64,000 nt of DNA, from positions 1 through 64,000 of the forward strand of contig JAQGDQ010000741.1 of assembly GCA_030141605.1 (NCBI GenBank). The letters are read 5' to 3'. Positions 39,405-54,793 of this stretch are shown one piece after another; position 1 is the stretch's first letter; every line of letters starts with the position of its first letter. A program made the translations under genes and the position numbers. The notes beneath the pieces were generated by a model that was given only the letters and a program-made list of their open reading frames with translations, ran no database searches and was not told the origin of the DNA. The DNA is from Tubiluchus corallicola (Eukaryota; Animalia; Priapulida).

Positions 39405-39900
39405 TTGCTGCTACTGCTGCTGGCGGTGGTGCTGGCGGTGGTGGTGGCGGTGGTGGTGGTGGTGGTGGTGGTGTGATGGTGGTGGTGGTGGTGGTGGTGG
39501 TGGTGGTGGTGGTGGTGGTGGTTTGGTAGTAGTAGTAGTAGTAGCAGTAGCAGCAGTAGTAGTACTAGTAGTGGTAGTGGTGGTGGTCGTAGTGGTAATG
39601 GTGGTGGTGGTGGTCGTGGCATTGGCGGTGGTGGTGGTGCTGGCAATGGTAGTGGTAGTGGTGGTGGTAGTGGTAATGGTGGTGGTGGTCGTCGTGGCAA
39701 TGGTGGTGGTGGTGGTGGTGGTAGTGGTAATGGTGGTGGTGGTCGCAGTGGCAATGGTGGTGGTGGTGGTGGTGGTCGTGGCATTGGCGGTGGTGGTGGT
39801 GCTGGCAATGGCAGTGGTAGTGGTGGTGGTAGTGGTAATGGTGGTGGTGGTCGTCGTGGCAGTGGCGGTGGCGGCGGAGGTTTTGGTGACCGTGGCGGAG
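39405..39900 (+). repeat. (GGT)n-based G-rich microsatellite with an internal duplication
   Basis: Read directly. Confidence 0.9.
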
Positions 39901-40221
39901 AGTGGATAATAACAACTCTCTTATAGGCTTCTACACACATTACCTGTTAGCTGACAAGACAAGTATTTTAGTCATGAAATTTGTTCTAATTTGTTAGATG
40001 ACGCGTGTATTAAAAATCAAACTCATCCATTCTATGCTTGTATTAAGTCATTAATTAGAAAGTTCTAGTATTTTCTCGATGTTAAATTAGATCTTTTAAG
40101 AGTTATTCTTGTAGTTTTTATTGTATGCCATTATGGACGAAATTTGGTAGTAAATTCGTGAACAAAATACCCGTTACGTATAACAACGGTATCAAGTAGC
40201 TCTTTAAATTACCATATGAAT

Positions 40222-40764
40222 GTAGTGAAAACCGAAAGATTGTTTAGACTCAGTCTCATTTTAATTTGCTGCCCAAAATCCATTTGCTTCCCTATAAATG
40301 TTAAGAATTGTTCCTTATATTTGAATAATTAGCTTAGAAAGTTAATTAAGGGCAACAGAACAGAGCTATTGCTTACGTCATAAACTAGCCACAGTTTGTG
40401 CAATGGCAGGCATCTTCCCTTGCGCGTCAAGCACATTTGCATAAGTGTTACAGTACTGCTTAAACGCATGATGTCACGAAAAATGGGCTTTAGATCATAT
40501 GACGTCAGAAACTAACACTGCAGTTCATGATCATGGTTATCACAGTACCGCCTTCTATTTGTCGGCCACGCGAATGTGAGAAAAAGGTGCCACTGCCAAT
40601 CTTAGTAGATTCACTGAGCTTTGAAGCTTTAACGAAATTTGAGTATCCGAGGTAATTATTATTTAATCTAAGCTTTGATTTAAAAAAGCTATTGTAGTTT
40701 TCAATATTTTACAGCATTCTTTATTCTGAATTCGTGTTTACACAATCATCTGGTTTTCCTTTAA
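40222..40764 (+). mobile_element. Kolobok-like family C copy
   Basis: Matches 34121-34676 and ends GGTTTTCCT-TTAA. Confidence 0.75.
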
Positions 40765-41489
40765 TACTGCCACATTTTTTGCTCCTTTGCAGGAAAGCCT
40801 ATTACAGTATAAGAAAACTATTACTAAAACTTGTGAACAATAAACATCTGCTAGCTATTGTCAACTCCGGAAGAATTATACAATATCTTTCTTTTAAGAT
40901 GTGAAAGAATTAAACACTGCTTGTAAATAATAATAATAATAATAATAATAATCGAATTTGATAGCTACGAATGTTAATTTACTGTACGGTTTGTATATAT
41001 GTAAGTAGTATTTTTACTGTAGTTTTTAATGAAGTATTTTAGTGTAACGTGAAGTAAACGTTTTCTTGTTATATCACATACAAAACATATAAAAATGTTT
41101 GATATTTTTGCTGAAATTCAAGTAATCTAATCTGGCTTAATCTAATCGAATCGATTTTTTTATAAATGGCAATGGGAATCATTAGTTAAAAATCAACTAA
41201 GATGATATTAATTAAGATGACGTAGGTACTGACAATTAAGATTGTTCGAATTAACAAAACTGCAGCACAACACAGCACAGAAGTGGAGAGCTTCAATTCA
41301 ACTCACACACGAAGCTAATGGGTTTTTTTACAAAAATTAATTGCCAGTAATCGTAGTTACTTAGGTACATTAAATAAGTAACTATTGTTTAAATTTTTGT
41401 CAGTTTGGCAAACCGGAAACAGAAATTCAGGACTTAATAAGTCTAATGACAAGACCTATTTATTGTGGATTATATGCGACAAGGCCTGA

Positions 41490-41693
<204 letters not shown>

Positions 41694-41802
41694 AATGTAT
41701 TATCAAGGCAAATTGTTTAACAAAAAACACATACTGGGTTAAAAGCTATTTGTATTGTGCAGCACAACACATTGTGACTTTTCCTTTATTGACTTTCAAC
41801 TG

Positions 41803-42229
41803 TAGGGGTGAGCGTGAAAAGTTCGAATCGAATTCGGGCGTTCGAATTTGATTCGAACGAGTTTTTTTAGTTCGAATTCGATTCGAAACTAAAATCATAG
41901 ATTCGAATAATTCAACACTTCAGCCACATACTTTCTTTATCATTAAAATGTTTGATACAGCACGTAATTAATACAATTTAGCTGCAGTTTCTGTGCAAAG
42001 TTTTTAACAAACTAATGGCGGTTCTACTGCAGAACAAAATCAAATAATATGCTTGTTCTTCGTAAGACCACTTTTTACTACTGGGTCGAAAACTTGTTCG
42101 AAAATCTTTCAAACTCAATTCGAATTCGATTCGGATTCAAAATGCTGAAATTCGGTTCGACTCGAATTCAAAAGTCAAAAATTCGATTCGATTCGAATTC
42201 GCTAATTTGGTAGAGAATGCTCGCCCCAA
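41803..42229. mobile_element. hAT-like MITE with subterminal TTCGA arrays, copy 1
   Basis: TAGGGGTGAGC...GCTCGCCCC termini; homologous to 47049-47427. Confidence 0.7.
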
Positions 42230-42718
42230 CTTTTAAGTGCAACACCTACTTTAAAATTTGAATAAAAATTGAATATTTAATGATTTAGTATAAAGCCTAA
42301 GTAATTCCCGACTAGCTATTTAAATTGCAACGAACTTATAATTAGGCTATTATTTTTCGGAAATGGTGCTGACAAGCCACTGGCGTAGCAGTGTCTAGTT
42401 TTCTTGCTGGATTACTGCTGCGTTTACCTGTCTGAAGGCAGATTTCTTTTATTTTAGAATTCTGCCTGCCCAATGTCTACAATAGACGTGACGGGCGTAT
42501 GATGATGATGATGATGAATTAGGCTATTCAATCAAATATTCAACTCCAAAGTCGCGAATTTACTTACGAATTTTTCTGATTTCATACTTCATTTTATCCT
42601 TACAAAGGTATTAAGGCATTAAAGAGGAACACAGACACTCAAAAAATGACTTTTTGAAGACCACATATCTATTAGCAATAGCACCTCATCTTTACAAAGG
42701 AACAGCTTTAAATTGGGA

Positions 42719-43407
42719 TTCAAGGACAAGAAAAGGGGCACCTGAAGTAGGTTTCAGAAAAATCGCCTTAGGAATTATATTACTTTATAGCAATTTTATG
42801 CTCAACTGTGTATATCGTACTCGCATAGAAAGGAATTTTTGTTTGTTTTCATTTTAAATCTCCCGCAATACTGTTCCGAAGTTGCCATTACATGACGTCA
42901 TATGCGCACAACGTAAATCAGGGGAAGAAAAGAAAATGGTAAATTATGTCCCAAAAAACTTTCCCAACGTAAATCTATATTACTTAGCGTTTCACTTATC
43001 TGCTAGAAAGACTTATGTGATTAAAAATGGTAATTTAAAATTTCGTGGAAATTGGTAAAATGTCGTTGACTCACCCTCCAGGGTGCGCCACTCACTAACC
43101 AAAAAACGTGTTTTTAATCATTTTGACAAGATACAGTAATGTTAAATTTTATTTAGTCAGTGACTTGTGCGCTACGAATGCTCTAATTATTATTTCAAAC
43201 TTTACAGAATGTTATCTAAACTTGTTTCAAATGACTTATCGTCAAAATGGCTGCGTCTAACGGTCATCGCGGGAGTTTAAATTTACAAGTTTTTTACAGC
43301 ACGACTGCCAATTGAAATCATGTATTTAAATAGGCAGTATGTAGGTGACATAAAATTTCTTAATTTTTTTAAGATTTGTATAAGTTGAGGGTTTTCTTGT
43401 GCTTTAA
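42719..43407 (+). mobile_element. Kolobok-like family A, full length
   Basis: AGGACAAGAAA...TTTCTTGTGCT-TTAA. Confidence 0.8.
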
Positions 43408-43752
43408 AAGATATAGGATAAAATATATCTGCACATAATCAAAAGCAACATGGTAACTTGTGGTAATTAGTGAATTAGTGAATCATAATTTTAATCAGTA
43501 CCCAAAAACTTCTAATTTGAAAATTACAGCTATTGCAAAATGGCTGATGCTTTTTGGAGGACTTACACCAAAAAAGGAAAAAATAAAACCATAGAGTTCA
43601 CTTACAGTTTAGCTTCCTGCCTTCCTCCTCTCGCTCTCTTCAATGCCTCCTCTTTGCGTCTGTTAAAGAATCTTTTGGCAAACGATTTTGTAGCTCTGCG
43701 TTCGATGTTTGCCGGCGTTAGCCGATTACAGTCAATTATTTTCTACCTTAGC

Positions 43753-43762
43753 GCGCATGCGC
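43753..43762. promoter_or_regulatory. NRF1/Ewg-type palindrome GCGCATGCGC, possible promoter
   Basis: Perfect motif in a non-repetitive, CpG-richer patch, ~150 bp upstream (minus strand) of a strong donor CT|gtaagt at 43606. Confidence 0.35.
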
Positions 43763-44258
43763 AGTAGAATCGTTGTGTAATCCAGCAACAGGTCGCTTAA
43801 ATGAGCTGAATAAATCATCTCGGGGCTTCCCATTCTTGCGACAAGCTTTTCAGCCAGTGGGAGGTTGGTGGGTTAAATGTTTTTAGGCGTGGTTACGTAA
43901 TGGTATAAAAACGCAGGTTGGTTCATCAGTCTGTGAGTTGCTAGGTTGGTAAACAGATAGGTAAGGTAGGCAGATACGTTGGTAGGTAGGTAGGTAGGAA
44001 GATAATTAGGTAGGCAGATAATTAGGTAGGTAGACAATCAGGCAGACAGATAGAAACAATTAGGCGAATAGATAGATCAGCATCATTATCATTACGATCA
44101 TCATCGTCGTCATCATCATCATCGTCACTACCACCAGCCTCACCCTCATCATGCACCTACCTTCAAACCAACTCATCACAAGCATGCCTACCTACCTGCC
44201 TTCCTAATTACATACCTACTACTTATCTATCTACCTATCTACCTACCTGTCTACCTAC

Positions 44259-45335
<1,077 letters not shown>

Positions 45336-45728
45336 TGTGAAACCAACATTTCTCTAGGACCCACGAAACACACATACTTGTTTACAAACTGTACAACAAT
45401 GAGCTTACACGTGAACCGTTAAGGCGACGTTTCAGCTAATGCTTTTCTGTAATTGTTCCACGAAATATTAATGCAGTCTTTCTAATAACCAAGATTGCTG
45501 TCTGTGCTCTATAGAATGACATGACAATAGCATGTAAGTATCTGAGAGGTCACTTTAGGATTAGCTAGGCGAAAATAGAGGCAGGATTAGTTATAATAAT
45601 GCAAAGATTTCGTTCATTGCCTATCTTGGCCAGGTATTATATATTCTTGCTATATAAAGAAATGTTTTAAGAGGTTTTGTGAATTCATCGACGAAAAATG
45701 ATGAAATTCATTTTTTCCACTAAAACAA

Positions 45729-46040
45729 GATGATGATGATAGTGTTGATAATGATGTTGGTGATGGCGATGATGACGATAGTGATGTGTGGTGGGAAAGA
45801 CGATGATTATGATGATGGTAATGGTGGCAGTATTGATGATGATGAGTACAATGATAATGATGATGACGATAATGATGATGATGACGACGACGATGACGAT
45901 GGATGATGGATGATGATGATGGTGATGATGATGTCGACGATGACGATGACGATGCATGATGGATGATGATGATGATGATGAAAATGATAACGATGACGAT
46001 GATGATGAAAATGATGATGATGATGATGATGACAACGATG

Positions 46041-46071
<31 letters not shown>

Positions 46072-46100
46072 CGATGACGATGACGATGGTGATGATGATG
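45729..46100 (+). repeat. (GAT/GAC)n microsatellite
   Basis: Read directly. Confidence 0.95.
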
Positions 46101-46687
46101 CTGATATCAATTTGTAGTGTAGCCTTTTGCACGGCGTTAAAGCATTTAATTAGTTACTGTGTAACAATAACTCTTTATTCTGTTTGAAAAGCGTTGCACA
46201 ATACACAATGACATGGTCTAAAACTTTGATCAATATAATTAACCGAAGTTCCTCAAATCGGAAAGTTATCTTTCACACAAAAGGTAGAAATGTTTTGGCT
46301 TCTACGCATATAAACAGCGTTTTGAGTTCGCATCCTGACTGAAGACGATTTTTTCACGAATTTCAATTTCTTATTCTCAGTTAGAAGAGCAGAACTTCTA
46401 TAATTAATCAGAAGGAAACACGCGGCAAATGCAAGTGCCATTATTATTATTATTAGGACTTTAAAGACGATATTTAATCAGCTTAATTGCTACACGCAAG
46501 ATGATTATAACTGCTGTATAAAGGATGAAATTTTTAATTAATTAATAAAAAGCTTAAAATCATTTTGCCAAGAGACTGTACCAGGAATGGCTAATACAGA
46601 AAAATAGTTTTCTAGAAATGATACGCTGTTGTTGTCGTTTCGTAATCATCGTCATAGCCGTCAGAGCTATCAGGGCTATCATATAAT

Positions 46688-46957
<270 letters not shown>

Positions 46958-47048
46958 CCCACTCTTAGCAGCGGACGAAACAACAGATTTTGTCAACGCG
47001 CATGTGCAGTACAAGCGTCAAGAGTCGAACACTACTAATCATTATCAA

Positions 47049-47427
47049 TAGGGGTGAGCATAGAACGTTCGAGTTCGAATCGAATTCGAACGAACTTTTT
47101 CTTAGTTCGAATTCGGTTCGAGCCTAAAATTATAGATTCGAGTAATTCAGCCACATAGGTTCTTTATCATGAAATTTTTTTGAAACATCAGGCCATTAGC
47201 GCAATTTAGCTGCAGTTTCTGTTCAAAATTTTCAACAAACTAATATAGCTTTTACAGCAGAACAAAATCAAATAATATGCATGATCTTCGTAAAACCACT
47301 TTTTACTACTGGTTCGAAAACTTGATCGAAAATCTTTCAAACTCAATTCGATTCGGATTCGAAACGCTGAAAGTCGCAAATTCGATTCGATTCCAATTCG
47401 CTTCCTCGTAGAAAATTCTCACCCCTA
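47049..47427. mobile_element. hAT-like MITE with TTCGA arrays, copy 2
   Basis: TAGGGGTGAG...CTCACCCCTA; degenerate 8-bp flanks ATTATCAA / GTTATTAG. Confidence 0.7.
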
Positions 47428-47887
47428 GTTATTAGTTCCTAAACAATTAAATGTGCCCCATTATTAGGAAAAAGCTAAAAGAAATAATTAGACTTTGCAT
47501 GATTTACGTATCTCGCTACTGGGTCCGCGTACACTAGTTAAGAAATTTCCTAGTTCTGCATCCGCAGTCCGCGAATAGTTTAGCTCCGCAACGTGATCCC
47601 TAAACAAATCCGGATCCGCGGTCCGCAATTCGCGTTTGCGCACCTCTGCTACATACTGATCGCCATTCAGATAATTTTATTCCACAATATAATCACAATA
47701 TTTTTACTTCATGTATATGAACTCAAGCTTGTGATCCATAATAAAGTTAAACTCTAAAATTAAATTTAGCGCTGATGACATGGGAAACAAGCTTATATTA
47801 GGTCACCGGAATTAGTAGTGGAAAATATACTTATTAATAACATGTTACTGGTAATTAGGAATTGTTATGAAGGGTGGCAGCGATGTT

Positions 47888-48757
47888 TGACAATATAGAG
47901 GTTTGCACTGTATAGATATGAGTAGAAGAGGCGACAGTTGATTACATTATACAAAGGTGTGCACTGTACAGATATGTGTGGAAGAGGCAACCCTTTATCA
48001 AACTGTATTAAGGTGTGCAGTGTACAGATATGTGTAGAAGAGGCAACCCTTTATCAAACTGTATTAAGGTGTGCAGTGTATAGATATGTGTAGAAGAGGC
48101 GACAGTTGATTACATTATATAAAGGTGTGCACTGTACAGATATGTGTGGAAGAGGCAACCCTTTATCAAACTGTATTAAGGTGTGCAGTGTACAGATATG
48201 TGTAGAAGAGGCAACACTTGATTAGACTATATAAAGGTGTGCACTGTACAGATATGTGTGGAAGAGGCAACCCTTTATCAGACTGTATTAAGGTGTGCAG
48301 TGTATAGATATGTGTAGAAGAGGCGACAGTTGATTACATTATATAAAGGTGTGCACTGTACAGATATGTGTGGAAGAGGCAACCCTTTATCAAACTGTAT
48401 TAAGGTGTGCAGTGTACAGATATGTGTAGAAGAGGCAACACTTGATTAGACTATATAAAGGTGTGCAGTGTTCAGGTATGTGTGGAAGACGCAACCCTTT
48501 ATCAAACTGTATTAAGGTGTGCAGTGTACAGATATGTGTAGAAGAGGCAACACTTGATTAGACTATATAAAGGTGTGCACTGTACAGATATGTGTGGAAG
48601 AGGCAACCCTTTATCAGACTGTATTAAGGTGTGCAGTGTACAGATATGTGTAGAAGAGGCAACACTTGATTAGACTATATAAAGGTGTGCAGTGTACAGG
48701 TATGTGTGGAAGAGGCAACACTTGATCAGACAATATAGAGGTTTGCAGTGTACAGAT
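47888..48757 (+). repeat. 56-bp minisatellite, about 15 copies, alternating variants
   Basis: Unit AAGGTGTGCAGTGTACAGATATGTGTAGAAGAGGCAACCCTTTATCAAACTGTATT. Confidence 0.95.
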
Positions 48758-48924
48758 GGACACTACGAATGCTAGACTCAGTCAAGTCAAGTCCCGGTAG
48801 ATACTATATTTGTCTACCTAAATCGTTCATGAGTGACCTGCCAATAGTAAATTACGTTGGTGAATTAGCTGTGCGTGTGTACAGATTTCGCTCTAGGGAC
48901 AAATCCGCCCATTCACAGTGATTG

Positions 48925-49169
48925 AAGATGTTGCAAAGCAATTATGCTTCTCTTGCGAAGTTCAAACTACTGACGATGAAGTAATGGCGATCCAACCTAG
49001 AAGGAAGTAAATAGGTGTGACGTCATACTAGGTATGACGTCATATCGGATGTGGAAGTTTGGTACTAGATGTTGCCTCCGGTACACAGTATAGATTTCTT
49101 GTATGCAATGTATTTTTCGTTGGCAAAAAAAGATTTCATCTGTCTATCTGTCTGTCTGTCTGTCTGTCT

Positions 49170-49200
<31 letters not shown>

Positions 49201-49370
49201 GCAAGGCAATTATGCTTCTCTTGCGACGTTGCAATTACTGAGCAAGTGACGATGAAGTAATGGCGAGGTCCGTCCGTCCGTCCGTCCATCCATCATCCAT
49301 TCATCCATCATCCATCCATCCATCCATCCATCCATCCATCCATCCATCCATCCAACCATCTATCTATCTT
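48925..49370. mobile_element. HINE/DINE-like element with (GTCT)n, (GTCC)n and (CCAT)n
   Basis: Duplicated block TGTTGCAA.GCAATTATGCTTCTCTTGCGA...TGACGATGAAGTAATGGCGA (~48929 and ~49197), an internal hairpin and GTCY microsatellites. Confidence 0.45.
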
Positions 49371-50506
49371 GTCATTTCTCGTATGCGATGATTCGCCAGA
49401 AGTGTTTCCGAAATTTTGACGGAAATGCAAAAGTCCAGTATCCAAATACTGAAAAAGCTTCACTTAGGATCGAACCATCACAATGTAGAGGGTGAGTCGA
49501 AAATAAATGCAATACAATGGTAAAAACCCTCACCTAATTGAATTTTAAAACCAAACTTTGAAAAACAGGAAATGTAAAAAAACTGCAATGCAATTTGAAC
49601 CATGGACTGTTTGCTTTCACGGGCAACACCGTGACCATTGCACTACCGTGACCGCTGCGCTTATAACAATCGAAAGTTCGTCTGTTACAGGTGACCAGAC
49701 AATTACCTGCTGTAAACAAGTGTAAATATTATTAACAATGGCGACATTTCAATGCAGCTAACCGCAAGGAGTAAAATCATGAAGGCCTATAAAAGACAGT
49801 TAAAATTAAAAACAACTTTTCTATAGTCTTCTACTGAAAAACGAAACGTGCTTGCAAAACCATTTTGGACAAAATCAGATCTCTTAAGCTTCAACCAAAA
49901 GCTGTGGGTAATGGAAATTTATGATGACGTTGATAGTGGTGGACATGATTATGGTGGTGATGATGATGACGTCGACGACAATGATAATGATGATAATCTA
50001 AATTTAGTTCTACCAAAAAATGCATAGTAAGACCAACGTTACGTGAGTTTACAAAAGCGACAAGATAGTTCAATATTTCGTCACAGTAATATTATACTCC
50101 AGTGATTACGAAATTTCAAAGCATGGTTTTTACTACATTGATTTGGTGACAAGCATCATATCAAAATTGGCTTCAAAGTTTGTTTGACACATAAGAAGCC
50201 GACTAATGTTAACAAAAGCAAATTCTATTAACAGAAGAGGACAAGAGAGATACAATAAAGGTCACAGTCGATACTTGTAAAGCTGACTAAATGATACTAG
50301 ATGTTGCAGCGTTTGCCAAAGGCAAGCTAGTTAAACAAGACTTAGTATAGAAAAATTACAGTGTGGCTTCCCTCTTTATAGAAGAAAAACTGTCATTTTC
50401 GGCTATTGGCTGACGTGTGTGTGGTAATGAGGTTGAAAATTATTGTTGTGAAAGCTGAAAAAAGGGCTAGGACATCTGACTGGACCATTACATATAATAT
50501 TCTTAA

Positions 50507-51143
50507 AGGACAAGAAAGGGGGATACCTGAAGTGGGTTTCAGAAAAATCGCCTTAAAAAAATTATATTACTTTATAGCAATTTCACGCGTATATCGTACT
50601 CGCGTTAGAAGGAATTTCATTCTAAATAGTGTTCCGACAGCGCCATTACATGACGTCACTACGCCACGTATTTTAGGGGAAGAAAAGGAAATGTTAAATT
50701 GTGTCCCAAAAAACTTTCCATGCAAATCTATATTACTTAGTATTTCACTTACCTGCTGAAAAGACTTATGTAACTTCAAATAATAATTTAAAATGTTCGT
50801 GCCAATTGGTAAAATGACGCTGACTCACCCTCCAGGGTGCGCCACTCACTAACCAAAAACGTATTTTTAATCTTATTGACAAGATACAGTAATTTAACAT
50901 TTTACTTAATTAGCAACGTGTATGCTACGAATACTCTGATTATTTTTTCAACCTTTACTCAGTGTTACCTAAACTTGTTTCAATCGACCTACAATCAAAA
51001 TGGCTGCGCCCAACGGCCAACTCGGGAATGTAAATTTACGCGTTTTATACAGCGTTACTACCGACGCAAGCTCTGCATGCAAAAACGCAGTATAAAATTT
51101 CGAGTTTTTTAAGTTTTATGTAAGTGGGGGCTTTTCTTGTGCT
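50507..51143 (+). mobile_element. Kolobok-like family A, full length with intact TTAA TSD
   Basis: TTAA(50503)-AGGACAAGAAA...TTTCTTGTGCT-TTAA(51144). Confidence 0.85.
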
Positions 51144-51859
51144 TTAATGACTGTCATACAAGACTCATTAACATCACAATGTCATGAAAGAAATAGGAAC
51201 TTATTAAATAGTAATAAGAAATAGGAAATAGTAATAATAAAATAGGAAATATTAAACTGTAATAAACGAAACGACCTTGATAACTTCCTTCACATTAACG
51301 CAGCCATGCAATTCTGCTTCACAACACGGAACTACATGCTGATGCAATCAGACAATAAACAATGTGACAAGTGCTGCCATCTATTAATAACAATGCTGCC
51401 ATCTATTAGCAACAACAGTACCTTTTTCAGTACCGATCACGTCACATCATTGTTTTTTTTGTCAAAATGCTGCTCCGAGAGAGATAAAGAAAACGTCTGT
51501 AATCATAAGCCATTAGCTAAGGAGAAATAGGCCATAACTTGCGATTTTAATATTTAATATTTAATTTTTAACTTTTTTGCGCTTCAAATCTTGTTGATAT
51601 CATTCAAATTTTTGGAAATAGTTTTTCGTTCTTTTTTGCTTTTGCTAGACGTAACTAAGTTCGTTTGGGAGAAAAACAAAACCATTCTGAACAGACCTAC
51701 CCTACTCGCTATGGAAATATCTGAACGTTTCTAGCTTGAATTTGAACCGTTTAGAAAGCGCTTTGAACTCTGTACAGTTTTATCAGTTTTGATTAATTTT
51801 TACATTACTGGTATTTTCATTACGATTATTTTGTTTGCATTTTGTACTACTACAAAAAC

Positions 51860-52253
<394 letters not shown>

Positions 52254-53483
52254 CCTTGTCACATTACTCTCATTGAGAACTCTGGAATTCGAGAAAAGAA
52301 CAGAAAGTGACGCCACAAATACGTCGCAGTATACGGGATTTGATCGAGATTTGATTTGAGAAAGGGCTCCAGTTTCACGTTTTTGTGTCACCATTTTCGT
52401 GTCGATTTACGGGATTTCGCGCACGGAGAGCGTCTCTGGGGAATAAACTCAGCTGGAATTTTCGTACACGCGGCTCGATTAGATAAGCCTGTTAGGAGTA
52501 TCTGGCGTGTACTTATCGTGCTTGTTAGCGACCAAAAGACAGCAATCTTCTGCAAATTGGCACCTGAACCGTATGGGTGTTAATTGGAATAATCTACCTC
52601 GTGTCTCTTCCTAACAAGGATAATGCTCTATTAGCTCACTTCCGCTTCAAGATTATATAACGCCGCTGAGAATTTTGACAAGAATTTTTCCAGATGATGA
52701 TTAATTTCTAACGTGGGAGTGCTCGGCTGTTTTTTTTTTGAGAGAGAACAGTTATAAGGTTTGAATTCTCATTGACGTTGACAAGTCTAGCTATGTAAGA
52801 CTTCTTGTATTTCATTAATGCAAATTTTTGACACTAACTGTGCAGCATTAGTACTAATAAGCTTCGCGACTGGAGCTACTCAAGCTAATGTTGATTACTG
52901 AAGTATCAGTAAACTTAAAAAAACTAATAGGAAGCTAGAATAGAGATTGTTAAGGCTTTGCCTGGTGAAGAAAAGACAGACGTACAGTTAATAACACATT
53001 AACAGTGATCTAATAATGTACCACTAAACTAAAGCTAAGATGCAGTGCTCATCTATGTAAGTCATAAGTCATTTATTTCACATTACACATTTACAATAGT
53101 TTCATGTACAATATCTAGTGAAAGGGCCTACAATGAACGTAATACAAATAAGAAATACTGCACAGGAAAAGCCTCGCACACTATTCACCTATATACGAAG
53201 GTAAATGTGTTGCGGGCAATCAAAAAGCAGAGCTTGTTAGATTGTGCCACACTGTGAAAGAAAATAAGTAATGAAAATAATCTGAAAATTTGAAGTGAAT
53301 CGTGTGATAAAGAAAACATTTAGTTCTGCAGAATGGAATGATGTAATGAATGAAGCTCATATATGAGATGACAAAAGATAGATAGATGGTTAAGATAAAA
53401 TCATAGACAAAGTTTTTGTTTTTTTATAGATTTTAGCTGCCGTTGCTGCTGCATTTATTTCTTATTTTTGTTGTTATCATTCT

Positions 53484-53765
53484 AACAACAATGACGAAGA
53501 CAAAAATGATGACAGCAACAGCAGCAGCAAACAACAAGAGCAACAACAACAACAACAACAACTACAACAACAACAACAACAACAGCAGCAGCAGCAACAA
53601 CAGCAACAACAACAATAACAACAACAGCGACAACGACAACAGCAACAACAACAGCAAAAGCAACAGCAGCAACAACAACACAACAACAACAGCAATAACA
53701 ACAACAACAGCAGTTGCACCAAAGGCAACAGCAATGGAGGCAGCGGCGGCGGCGGCGACAACAAA
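53484..53765 (+). repeat. (AAC/AGC)n microsatellite
   Basis: Read directly. Confidence 0.9.
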
Positions 53766-54550
53766 ATAGTAAATTTTTTATTATGAAATTATCATACGTG
53801 TGAAACCAGGAAAAATTAAATGAGTTAACAAGAAGTATCACCACTCAAATAATTATCGAATATTAAAAATGTATTAAATTAATTTATGGCCTAATATATT
53901 TATTTACATTGATACAGAAATTCGATCATTTTCAAATTAGAAACTGTCCTCTTTTTGTACGGTTTTAAGTTTTTATAGCCTAGTATGAGTTCTTAATATG
54001 TTGCAATGTGGTGAAGACAAGCAAAATGTATACAGCTTTTTTATGTAATACCACTTGCTTTGTGTTGAAATGAAATAATCTAAGATATTTATATATATTT
54101 AAGTATATTTATTACTGTCAAAAATATATACAATACAAGAACAAACAAAACATACATATATCAATTTGAAATATAATGACACTACAGACAAACAAAATAA
54201 TTACTAATAAAACAAATATTATTAAATATTCCTGTTAGTTATATTAATTATTTAAAATTAATGAAAATTTTAATGATTAGTATTTAAAATAAATTATCAT
54301 TCATTAGGCCTCCTTTTCAATGCTATGATCATTACATCGTTTATTGTTCATCTTGTCTTAAAAACGCTTTTTCAACATAATCAATAAATGCCTTAATTAC
54401 TTCTCATCAAAGAATAAAAATTTATCAGCATCGCTCATAAGGAAAGATTCTGGTTTAATTACATTAATGTAATTTTCCTCTAAGATCATTGTAGATAGAT
54501 AGATATTTTATTTCTGAAAATGAAATTTCCAATACGAAAATTACAAACAA

Positions 54551-54793
54551 TAACGTACAGGGGGTGCTGCAGTACCACAGTACCTACCTATACACGAGCC
54601 GCCACTGATTGTAACGTACAGGGGGTGCTGCAGTACCACAGTACCTACCTATACACGAGCCGCCACTGATTGTAACGTACAGGGGGTGCTGCAGTACCAC
54701 AGTACCTACCTATACACGAGCCGCCACTGATTGTAACGTACAGGGGGTGCTGCAGTACCACAGAACCTACCTACACGAGCCGCCACTGATTGT
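54551..54793 (+). repeat. 61-bp tandem repeat x4 bracketed by a ~60-bp direct repeat
   Basis: Units start at 54551, 54612, 54673 and 54734. The block ATTGTAGATAGATAGATATTTT...ATTACAAAC occurs at 54488 and 54789. Confidence 0.9.

Noticed and set aside
39380-39940. Pro-rich / Gly-rich extensin-like ORF
   Set aside because: GGT microsatellite with no unique domain or clear splice context.
41803-42229. Heat-shock element cluster in the TTCGAA arrays
   Set aside because: Spacing mostly does not fit nGAAnnTTCn; subterminal transposase-binding repeats explain it better.
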